A stretch of 64,000 nucleotides of DNA from Mantamonas sphyraenae STR306 (taxonomy: Eukaryota; Protista; CRuMs), in assembly GCA_026936335.1 (NCBI GenBank), contig JAPMXV010000018.1, forward strand, positions 217,266 through 281,265. Reading direction: 5' to 3'. This document shows, in pieces, positions 1-8,823 of the stretch. Made by a program: the position numbers and the translations under genes. The stretch's first letter is position 1. The number at the start of each line of letters is the position of its first letter. Below the pieces are notes generated by a model. That model was not told the origin of the DNA. It saw only the letters and a list, made by a program, of their open reading frames with translations, and ran no database searches.

Positions 1-697
1 CCCCTCCTCTCCCTCCCTAGTGCGGACTCGTTTCGCTCTCTCATTTCTTCTCTCCTCGGCTCCTCCCCCGCTTGCTTTCTATCCACGCCCCTCCTCTCAT
101 CCACACACTCGCCTCCACTCCATCTGCCCCTCCTTCCCCTCCACACTCACCTTGCGCAGATAGTCCATCTTGTTTCACGTGTCTGCACACACCCCATCCC
201 GCCCGTTCCGTGTCAGTCCACACTCAGCCTCGCCTTGTTTTTCTCCGCCCGAGATGCCCTTTGCTCGAAAAACGCCCCCCGGCTCTTATCCAGCCCCGCA
301 TCCACCCATACACTCCTCAATCCCCTCTCCCATCCACACTCCACACATCCTCATCCCTCTTCCAAACATCTCCACACCATCTGCCCTCCTCCATCCCTCT
401 CTATCCATCCCTGTCGCTCCCGACAACTCCACACTTCTCGGCTCTCGGCGTTTGCGCTGAACCCGGAACCACTTCCGTCCTCGCACAACGCAACCATCTC
501 CCGTCTCCTCTCCAACCCGCGCTCGACATGCAACACCTTCCTCCTTGCTATTCCACACATCCATCGACACACGTCCTCGCTTGGCCTCCTACTCACCTGC
601 GATTGTGTGGGGTGTTTGGTTTTTTGTTTGCTTTCAGCTTGTTCCGCACTGCGCATCCATCCACATCCTGCTTTTCAACTGCCGTGCACCGGTTCCT

Positions 698-2302
698 TCA
701 TCCCATGAGGGCTTGCACGTCTGCGACGAGCTCCTTGGTGATGCTGCTTGCTTCCACTTTGCTGAGATCCAGCTCCATAGCCACACAGAGGTCTTTGGCC
801 ATCTCGTTGCCCTTGATGAGAAACCCGATGGCCAGCAGCATACGGTTGATCACATCCTCGTCTTGTTCTGCACTGCCCGACGAACTCTCTGCGTTCTCCT
901 CACCATGGTACAGTGAGTTGAACGCTTGTGCCGTGGCACTGACAGCCATCACCACCCTGTCCTCGTAGTCGTCCTCTGCACTGCCGTGCACCTCATGCAG
1001 CATCCTTCCCACGTTGCAAAACAGGGCTGCCGCAGTGCCTCGGACCTGCTTGTGGCTGGAGCCGAGACCTTTGCTCGCGGCATCCAGCACTTCCTGCAGG
1101 CCGTCCTCATCCAGGGCAAAGCCCATCCCCTCCTCGGTGGCAAACAGGTTGACAAACACACGCAAGCTCATGAGCACAAGGGGCATGGGCAGTGACGAGT
1201 CTTCGTCTGCTTCCAGGAAGCGCGTGAGCAACCCTCGGAGTAGATCCGGGCACGTTGTGGTAAAGTGCGAAGCTGCATCACGGTTACACAGCAGCACACG
1301 CAACACATCGACGACAGGGAACACCTTGTCGGTGGGCATGACCTCGTACAGAGTGGCTACGGTGTCAAACATGCCCTGAGTAAACACAGGGTACAACGCA
1401 TCCTTGTCTCCGCTTTCAACCTGCTGTTGTCTTTCCATCTCTGTCTGCAGTGCACTCAACACGTCTGTGTCCACCTTGTCGTCCAGCTTGCTCTGTTTGA
1501 TCTGCCCGCGGATGCGATCAAACACTGCCGGCACACGCGTTGTGTTGAACACGACGGGCTTCACGTGCTTGTGGATGTGCATCACCTGCACGCTGGGTTG
1601 TGACTGAGTCATTCCAAATCCAGCCCCGCTATATCCGCTGCTTGCCTGTTCCTGGCCCGCAATGGCGTTGTGGCCTTCAAACTGCATCTTGTTGAACATT
1701 TCTTCGATCATGGGGCGCAGCATGCGTCCTCCAGGCGTGTTCATGGCCTCTTCAGGGAGGCCCGAAATGTACTCTGGGATGTTGCCGCCTGTGAGGAACT
1801 GGCATGCCTCTTGCGTAAAGTTGTTGCAGTTGTGCGTCAGCAGGTGGTAGTCTTGCGCCCGATATCGGTTGGCCACCTCCTGCACCCAGGCCATGAACAC
1901 GTCTGGTTCAACGTCAGTGGAGCCGAGATCCACCACGTCCACGGGATACCCGTACGGCGTCTGCATCTGTGCGAAGTGAGGCGGAATCCCGTCAGGAATT
2001 GCCCCTGCGTTTGTCTCACGGGCTCCTGGCACGGCTTACTGGAGGATCGCCAAAAATGCCCTGGCCGTAGTAGTACTCTGTATCGTAGACAACAATGCCG
2101 GTGTGCCTGGTGATGTGTGTGGATGGACGTGTGAGCGGCGGCAGGCGTGCAACGTTGCATCTCGTTTCCGCTTCCACGCAACAAGGCGCCGTGCATCGTA
2201 CCAGATGCCATCGATAGACTGGCCAAGAATCATGCCACTGAAACTCTTGGCCATGCCTCCACTGAGGTCATAAACATGCAACGCGACTTTGTATTTGCCC
2301 AT
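698..2302 (-). CDS. DeSI/PPPDE peptidase (desumoylating/deubiquitinating) fused to a C-terminal PUL (ARM-like) domain; 2 introns
   Basis: Exon 1 MGKYKVALHVYDLSGGMAKSFSGMILGQSIDGIW; intron 2201-2107 (GT..CAG); exon 2 HTGIVVYDTEYYYGQGI (catalytic His); intron ~2039-1967; exon 3 has YHLLTHNCNNF (catalytic Cys) and PUL-like FPVVDVLRVLL / LMSLRVFVNLF. Confidence 0.88.
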
Positions 2303-2409
2303 CGGTGGCTGTTTGCTCACACTGGCGCAGGTGTTGTTGTTTGCACTGTGCTGTGCACACTCATGGCCCGTCTCGCAATGCAAAAATCAACGGTATAGTC
2401 GTATATTTA

Positions 2410-2915
2410 ACGGAACAGCCAATGTCCGTGTTTCTATGGATGGGTCTACCGTTGTGTGTTATTCCGTGTGATATCGTCACGCGTACGATCGACACGCTGC
2501 CAGGAGGTGGTAGAGACGTGGGTTGATCAGCCACGCTGGTTGGTATGGTGCACAGGTTTGCCACGAAGTGAATACGCTATGGAAGCGACGTCTGAGACCG
2601 TGGCCAGACGAAGGAAGTCTGGCGGTTGAGTGTTGTCAAGAGGGAGGTTGAATTCACCTTGCCGCCTCACCGTCCAACCTGCTTCGCAAAGAGGCCGAAC
2701 CCATAAAGATGGACGCTAAAACAACACATGCCAGTGCTGCTGCAGGAATAGGGCGGGCAGCAATGGGTTTTGGCGATGGCAATCCATGCTTCGGATTGCC
2801 TGTAGGCGAAAGTGTATGTGCAGGACGCGGTGGTCAGCAATGGTGATCGTACACCAAAATGGGCCATGTTCAGTGTGTACAGACTGCTCGTGCCCTCTTG
2901 TAGTCAGCCACGTGT
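2410..2915 (+). ncRNA. Putative large structured non-coding RNA or structured leader upstream of the Fanzor-like gene (strand inferred)
   Basis: At least 10 stems read directly, e.g. 2445-2450/2509-2514, 2466-2472/2476-2482, 2603-2609/2617-2623, 2637-2644/2893-2900, 2671-2676/2710-2715, 2735-2740/2757-2762, 2778-2785/2793-2800, 2849-2854/2875-2880. G-U pairs and GNRA loops (GAAA 2808-2811, GCAA 2837-2840) favour the + strand. Confidence 0.55.
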
Positions 2916-2970
2916 GTGAGCGCCCCCGTGTTGTCGTCCTCTGCCTCATCCAAGCAAAACACACAAGCAC

Positions 2971-5900
2971 ATGGAAGACGAGTTGCAGCAACTCGTCGAG
3001 CAGGTACCTCGGCTGCGAAGTGCCCAAGAAGTGGACGGACACATTGAATTGAGGTACACAAGGCCGGCGGACGTGCCAGAACAGCAGACGTCTGAGTACG
3101 TCCTTGTTGGTGAGGATGGCATCCCTGAAGACGGTGAAGACGATGAGGACGATGGCGTGCACTATGTCAGCACAGAGGATGTGAAGGGATTGACAGTCGA
3201 AGCCCTGAAGGCCCTCCTGAAGGACGTCGGCGCCAATCGGCAGGGAGGCAAAGACACCTTACTACGCAAGGCGACAGAGTCGGTGTCCGTCCTCAAATGG
3301 CAGGAATGGCAGGAGAAACGGTGTAAAGTGGACTCCCTCGTCACCGAGGACCAGAAAGCCCTGGCTGACAGAGGAGAGGGCGGTGAACAGGCGAATGTGC
3401 CAACGGCAGAAAACTTAATCAAGGTTCTGGGGAGGTTCAAAAAGGAGACACTGGAGGAAGTGATCCTGGCGTACAAGAGAATCTGGGGAGAACCGAAAGA
3501 ATCGTCTGACACAGAGTCGTCATCTAGCTCAAGCTCAAGCAGCAGCGGCAGTGGCGGTGGCGGACACGCACCCAGCCGGAATGTGCACCCGTTTTTCGCC
3601 TCGGTGACGCTGTCCAGGCTGAAGAAGGACGCGGTCGTTAAAACCTTGGGTAGAATGGTGGAGGAGCAGCTCGCAACGCACGATGGAGTTGTCAATGTGG
3701 CGCGTGCGTTGCAGCAACAAGGGGAGCAGGGTCAGCGCCGTGCGGTGCAGCGCACGGAGGAATTGTTCAATGCTCCCAGCCACGCCGACTATGACAATGA
3801 GACCATCAAGGACATGGTCTGTGAATGCGACGGCATTGTGGTGGACTGCAACGTGATTGGTGTCGAGCACATCGACAGGGGTGGCGATGCAGAGAAACCC
3901 CTGCAGCTGAACGCCGCCGGTGTCGCGCTGACACAGCAGCTGCAAGAAATCCTGCAGGCATCGGACCAGCCAGTCTGCTTTGTGAGAACGGTGGCGTCCC
4001 TACAAGAGCGCTTCGAGGGAAGGAACTGCAGCATTGGGGAGCAGAAGCAGTTCAGAAGGGATGCCACAGGGTACTTGACAACATCATCCCTTCCCGATCC
4101 GAACAGCAAGCACCGGAAGAAGGCGAAGGTGCTTGCTGCGAGAGAAGCAGCGCCCGCATTGGGCCTGGCGCGTCTGAGAACGGTTGTGGCGGATGGGCGA
4201 GAAGCGTGCTTGGCGCAAATGATGAGCTTGCCAGGCAAATTGGCCGTGGTATCATCCAACGCCAAAACAGAGACGATGATGTACAGCAAAGGGTTGCAGC
4301 AAGACCTGCTCGTTGTCAGCGTGGTGAAACCAAGGGTTTTTCCAAAGCTCGCGGAAGTTGATGGAGATGCCGTACCGGGAACGGTTGGCGAGGAGGATGA
4401 AGAGATGGTGATGGAGAAAAACGAAGAGGAAGATGGTGAAAAAGGCGAGGTGATGGTGGTGGAGCGGAACGAAAATGATGAGATGGACGCGGTGGTGCCT
4501 GACGCAATGGTGTTGGTGGAGGAGGTGGCGGTGGAGCCCGAAGAAATGATGGAGGGCAACGAGAACGAGATGGACGCGGTGGAGGCTGACGGAATGGTGT
4601 TGGTGGAGGGAGAGGACGAGGAAGAAGGTGGAGGGGCGGGCAAGTGGTGGGTACGGACGATGCAGCTGCACGACACGAGGAGGGTCTTCCACGCCACTGT
4701 TGTGACTGGCATGTACGCAGGTATGACTGCCCCGACGTGGACACCGATGGAAAGGAAGGAAATCATGTCCACGCTGATGGGAGACCACCCCGAGCGCTTG
4801 CGGACACTTTCACTCATGGCACGCAAGCGGAAGCAGCTCGGCCACAACCTCACACTACTGCAGGCGCAGACGGTGCAGGACATGTATGGGGCGGAGATAC
4901 ATGAGGGATGGACGCCCGCTCAGTACGTGGGCGTCCTCGGAGAACTGGACACTGCGTTGATGAAGCACCACCTGGCCGATGCTGGAGTATTCCACGCGCG
5001 CGGTGTGTTGTACAACTTTGCAGCCCCACTGTCTGAGTGGATGACGTACATGCAGGTTCCGAACGAGCAGCAAGTCAAGCAGGCCATGGCAACGGATCTG
5101 GCACATGTCCAGATCGTGCAAGACGACGGAACCACCCGGCCGGTGAAGGCTCACGACATCACTCCACACGACTTTGTCTGCCCAGACAACAAGAGCGTGT
5201 TTATCACAATGAGGGAAGCTCACAGCACGCAGCAGCAGGCGAAAGAGGAGAGCGCGGAAGTGGGTTCAGTTTCGATGGACAAGCGAGAGCACGAGCAGGA
5301 TGTGCCCTTGGCACATGATGGTGAGCAGATGGAAGTGAGCCACAGCGTGGATGGTGCCGGCGAGGAGGAGGTGCACAACACTGTTGGTAAGCTCCTTCGC
5401 AGAGTTGCCCACCTCAAAACGGAACTCGACCATCACGTCAAAGATCCGGCCACGCTACTGCGCCACAAGGAGATACACGAAGTCGAGCGGGCGCAAGCGA
5501 ACAGTCACACGGCCTCACAACCCGTCGTGGGCGCGCCTGATCTGCTCACGCGATTCGCAGACGACCTGTGCTCCTTCTTGGACAAGGTCAAGAAGGTGGT
5601 TGTGGATGGTATCAACAATACCATCAGACAAGGTACCACCAGCGTCGTGCCATCGGAGGCCGATGTGGCCAGTGCCGCAGAGAGAGTGCGCCCAGCATGG
5701 CTCATCGGCGATCGGCGGGCCCTGACTTGGGACATGCTCCCTGCTGTCCACAAGTGGTGTACGAGCGAGCTCCGGGCCGATATGACGAAGCATCACGTCG
5801 CGGTACGTTTTGGTGAGGTGCTGCTGGAGTGCATGCGCCAAACCACCGAAGAGAAAACAAGCGAGTTTTTTGTGGAAGTGGCGACCGCCGTTGTGTCTGC

Positions 5901-7998
5901 CCACTTGGCATTTACAATGGAAGGGACCAAGAGGGCATTGCAAAAGGCCGGTGTGTCGTTTGCAGGGTGCCAGCTTGGAGAATGGAGCCGGCTCGAGCGG
6001 CACGGGGAGGAACGCCGCTCGTGGGACGAGTGGTCCTTGCATGTACGGAATCTGTTCCAGACGGAGTATAGCCAGTACGAGGGTGTCCTCCAGGGTCTGG
6101 ACGAACGATACTCGGATCGCCAGTTTCTCAAGAAGAAGGTGATGAACGTGGAGGCGAGCGATGCGCATTTGCGGGCATACGTGCAAACCGGCCGACAATT
6201 TTCCAGCACGTCAAAGGCGTTCACCATCACGGGGACATTGTGGCAGTATGGGCTGTCCCGGCTGTTCGACAGCTGGGCAGAGTCCAACAACGAGGAGATC
6301 CGGGTGTGCACGAAGGCAACCGCAACCAAAACATGGGAAGCCGTGTGTAGCGACATCAACACACACCACAGCATCTTCATGTCCGTCATGAAGTTTGAGG
6401 AGTCGAGGTTGTGGCGCCTTCCTGCATTGACGGGCAGGCAAAGGGACGAGTTGATTGGGGTAGAGACGCGTTCTCTGCTTTCGCTGCTCCTCTTGTGGCC
6501 AGATTTGGTGAGCTGCATGCAAACCAACACAATCAGGCAGTGGTCCGGCGGTATTACGGTCCAACACGGACAGCCGCTTCGTTTGGTCGTCTACCGCCCG
6601 GCCACACTGGACCACGTCACGTCGAGCGGAGAGCTCCGTGAGATTTTGCGGCCTCTGAGCTCATTGAAAGCGGCAATCGTGGAGGCGGAGAATGAGGTGT
6701 CCGGGGCAGCTGCCGAGAAGCGTGCCAAGATGAAGAAAGCAGAGGAACAGAAGAAAGCAGAGGAACAGGATAGGAAGGGCAAGAAGAAGAGGCGCGCGGA
6801 GGAGGAGAGCGAGGACAACCAGTCGACACAAGCGCCGTTGCAGGACACCAAGAGAGCCAGGCTGGATGAATCAGGCGAGGGTGACATTGTGGACATGGGA
6901 GAGAGCAGCGAGCCGATGGAAGCGGCCAAGGAACCACAGAGTGACGACCGAGAGGACAGGGCCACGACACAGCACGCAGGCAGCAAAAGCCACTCCCAGT
7001 GGAGCAAGGATCGACAGCGACAGCTGGTGAAAAAGCTCGTTACTGTGTGTACCGTGGCACACGTGTGTGGGCTGGGCAAGGAGGTTGAAGACGCACTTGG
7101 CCAGCAGCTCGGGTTCCGGCACCTGGGGAAGCCGAAGCGCAACGGGCGCATCGACGTGCGCTTCAAGAAGAAGTTTAAAGTGAGGAATCACGATGAGGCT
7201 GCAAGGTTGATCGCCAAAACAGCCTTCTTGGTCAACGACATCGGTAGGAAGAATGACACGCTGGTGGTCTTCTTCTGGCACAAGGGGAGATTGAGGCAAA
7301 GGAAACTGCCCTTCCCCTCACATCGAGACCTCAGGGAAAAAATGCATCTGCACCGACTTGCCAAGGTTGAGAAGGAGGACGAGCCGAAAAAGCACGGGCA
7401 GTTGCGGCGGTACGGGCGTGACGTGCTCGAGAGACATGTCCTGCGCACGGTAAGGTCCGTGAGGAACGTGATGGACGGATTTGGCCTGCACAACATGATC
7501 TACCTTGCGCAGTCGAAATTCTACGGAGGTTTGTCCCTCAGCACGCGCATCCATCACGCTTTCGCAAGACACATGATCTGGGCGGACGTGGCAGAGTGGA
7601 TGACTTCCAGTACATGCATCTGTGGAGGTGGCATTGCACACCCGCATGGGTTCAGTCTCTCGAGATGGGACAGAGTTGTGACTTGCCCTCATTGTGCCAT
7701 CAGCCGCAACCACCACAACAAGCACACGCTGATGTATCACATGGCCCACGACGCCGGAGGAATCACGCCCCTCTCCGACAGGGACGTCAGAGGAGCACAG
7801 GGGATCCTTGTAAGGCAGCTGCACCTGTGGCTGTTTGGCAAAGAGCCCCTGTCGTTCTCCAGCCGCAATCCCAAAAAGAAGAAGCAAGAAACGGCAAAGG
7901 CGCTGGTGCTGGAGAAACTCAAGTCACGAAGGAAGGCGGTCGAGGGTCCACAAGATCATGGGATGGTGGTTGAAGAGGGTGGAGGTGGGGATGAGTGA
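2971..7998 (+). CDS. Giant (1675 aa) Fanzor/TnpB-family RuvC nuclease-like protein with N-terminal SAP domain
   Basis: Intronless ORF. RuvC-I FLVNDIGRKN (D1423, nt 7237); Fanzor-type relocated Glu in ADVAEWMTSSTCICG (E1542, nt 7594); Zn ribbon C-x-C...RVVTCPHC; RuvC-III DRDVRGAQGI (D1605, nt 7783). WSGGITVQHGQPLRLVVYR resembles the Fanzor1 wedge strand. SAP motif LTVEALKALLKDVGANRQGGKDTLLRK near aa 74-100. Confidence 0.8.
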   Translation: MEDELQQLVEQVPRLRSAQEVDGHIELRYTRPADVPEQQTSEYVLVGEDGIPEDGEDDEDDGVHYVSTEDVKGLTVEALKALLKDVGANRQGGKDTLLRKATESVSVLKWQEWQEKRCKVDSLVTEDQKALADRGEGGEQANVPTAENLIKVLGRFKKETLEEVILAYKRIWGEPKESSDTESSSSSSSSSSGSGGGGHAPSRNVHPFFASVTLSRLKKDAVVKTLGRMVEEQLATHDGVVNVARALQQQGEQGQRRAVQRTEELFNAPSHADYDNETIKDMVCECDGIVVDCNVIGVEHIDRGGDAEKPLQLNAAGVALTQQLQEILQASDQPVCFVRTVASLQERFEGRNCSIGEQKQFRRDATGYLTTSSLPDPNSKHRKKAKVLAAREAAPALGLARLRTVVADGREACLAQMMSLPGKLAVVSSNAKTETMMYSKGLQQDLLVVSVVKPRVFPKLAEVDGDAVPGTVGEEDEEMVMEKNEEEDGEKGEVMVVERNENDEMDAVVPDAMVLVEEVAVEPEEMMEGNENEMDAVEADGMVLVEGEDEEEGGGAGKWWVRTMQLHDTRRVFHATVVTGMYAGMTAPTWTPMERKEIMSTLMGDHPERLRTLSLMARKRKQLGHNLTLLQAQTVQDMYGAEIHEGWTPAQYVGVLGELDTALMKHHLADAGVFHARGVLYNFAAPLSEWMTYMQVPNEQQVKQAMATDLAHVQIVQDDGTTRPVKAHDITPHDFVCPDNKSVFITMREAHSTQQQAKEESAEVGSVSMDKREHEQDVPLAHDGEQMEVSHSVDGAGEEEVHNTVGKLLRRVAHLKTELDHHVKDPATLLRHKEIHEVERAQANSHTASQPVVGAPDLLTRFADDLCSFLDKVKKVVVDGINNTIRQGTTSVVPSEADVASAAERVRPAWLIGDRRALTWDMLPAVHKWCTSELRADMTKHHVAVRFGEVLLECMRQTTEEKTSEFFVEVATAVVSAHLAFTMEGTKRALQKAGVSFAGCQLGEWSRLERHGEERRSWDEWSLHVRNLFQTEYSQYEGVLQGLDERYSDRQFLKKKVMNVEASDAHLRAYVQTGRQFSSTSKAFTITGTLWQYGLSRLFDSWAESNNEEIRVCTKATATKTWEAVCSDINTHHSIFMSVMKFEESRLWRLPALTGRQRDELIGVETRSLLSLLLLWPDLVSCMQTNTIRQWSGGITVQHGQPLRLVVYRPATLDHVTSSGELREILRPLSSLKAAIVEAENEVSGAAAEKRAKMKKAEEQKKAEEQDRKGKKKRRAEEESEDNQSTQAPLQDTKRARLDESGEGDIVDMGESSEPMEAAKEPQSDDREDRATTQHAGSKSHSQWSKDRQRQLVKKLVTVCTVAHVCGLGKEVEDALGQQLGFRHLGKPKRNGRIDVRFKKKFKVRNHDEAARLIAKTAFLVNDIGRKNDTLVVFFWHKGRLRQRKLPFPSHRDLREKMHLHRLAKVEKEDEPKKHGQLRRYGRDVLERHVLRTVRSVRNVMDGFGLHNMIYLAQSKFYGGLSLSTRIHHAFARHMIWADVAEWMTSSTCICGGGIAHPHGFSLSRWDRVVTCPHCAISRNHHNKHTLMYHMAHDAGGITPLSDRDVRGAQGILVRQLHLWLFGKEPLSFSSRNPKKKKQETAKALVLEKLKSRRKAVEGPQDHGMVVEEGGGGDE

Positions 7999-8004
7999 GT
8001 GTGA

Positions 8005-8201
8005 AACCTTCCACACGTGCTGTGTGGCATCAGGGCAAACAACAACGATGATGAACGAGGATCTGCTGGGACCACTTTCACGTGCAGTCTCTCAGATAGT
8101 TTATCAGTGGCCAAGTTTACACGACGCTGCGTATTTCGTTGTTGCTCCGCTGTTGTGCACAGCACAGTGGAAACAACAATGCCGTGCGACGTTCTTGTCG
8201 C
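8005..8201 (+). ncRNA. Candidate omega-RNA (Fanzor guide scaffold) or structured 3' end
   Basis: Stems 8011-8016/8022-8027; 8061-8065/8093-8097 plus 8068-8072/8087-8091, with loop CCACT able to pair with AGTGG 8106-8110; 8040-8048/8136-8144 (9 bp perfect); long hairpin 8137-8181; 8186-8191/8196-8201. The position directly 3' of a TnpB/Fanzor-like ORF is where omega-RNAs are encoded. Confidence 0.45.
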
Positions 8202-8218
8202 TTGCGATGCGATCCACG

Positions 8219-8599
8219 TCAACCCATGCGCATGGAACACTTGACACCCGGCGGACAGTTGCCGTCGCCCTGAGAAAGGTAGCGCAGCTTCTCCGCGGGG
8301 GACATCTGGCGCAGCACGGAGTTGGGATTGAGCCAGGGCTCGAGAATCAGGGTCTGGAAGCCCGAATGAAGGGCCACAAACACCACAAACGTGACCAGGT
8401 ATTTACAGAGGAGGAACCAAAACATGCGGTTGCTCTGTTCCTCGTCCAGACGCACCACTTCTTCGTCGTCGCTGGATTCGTCCGAGTCCTTGCTCTTTCG
8501 CCGCCTGCGCCGCACGGCACGCGGTTCATCGCCGTCGCTACGACTACGCACGGGTCTACGACGCAATTGGACAGTGTCCAGCCCGTCGTTCTCGCTCAT
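8219..8599 (-). CDS. Small hypothetical single-pass membrane protein
   Basis: ORF from MSENDGLDTVQLRRR with basic/acidic tract, then hydrophobic FWFLLCKYLVTFVVFVALHSGF. Confidence 0.55.
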   Translation of the reverse strand: MSENDGLDTVQLRRRPVRSRSDGDEPRAVRRRRRKSKDSDESSDDEEVVRLDEEQSNRMFWFLLCKYLVTFVVFVALHSGFQTLILEPWLNPNSVLRQMSPAEKLRYLSQGDGNCPPGVKCSMRMG

Positions 8600-8823
8600 T
8601 GCTGTTGTTTGCGGCCAGGCAAGGGGTGGGGTTGGTGTGGCAGCGTTTGATGTGGCGTGAACACCGCTCTGCTCACTCTGCCCAGAGGGAAAGGCACCAC
8701 CCACTAAAGTCCATTGCTGCTGGGTTTGCCAACATGGCATCCGCAGAGTGTAAGACAAGCGCGAGAGCAAAGACGATTCTCCAAGCACAAAAACGAAACG
8801 GGTCCACTCAAAGCTCATTGGAT

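Noticed and set aside
1-697. ORF 72-968 and other short ORFs in the C-rich first 700 bp
   Set aside because: Low-complexity P/S/H translation with no motif. This may be introns or 5' exons of a minus-strand gene running off the window, but I cannot model it.
2581-2890. RNase P RNA (GGAAG..GTCTGAG resembles CR-I) or telomerase RNA
   Set aside because: CR-I spacing is wrong, there is no proper CR-V (AxxxAATTCAGAC), and no CTAACCCTAA template.
2730-2906. Group I intron (IStron-like) reading of the upstream RNA: P/Q/R/S-like words tgctgcaggaa, tcagcaa, tacagactg, tgtagtc in the right order
   Set aside because: Only 14 nt lie between the R-like and S-like words, leaving no room for P8, and the would-be P3 partner is ~100 nt from P. 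Not supportable without a covariance-model search.
2381-8145. Terminal inverted repeats for the Fanzor-like cassette (caacgg..gtcgtat versus acgac..cgttg)
   Set aside because: Only patchy 5-6 nt matches, within chance expectation.
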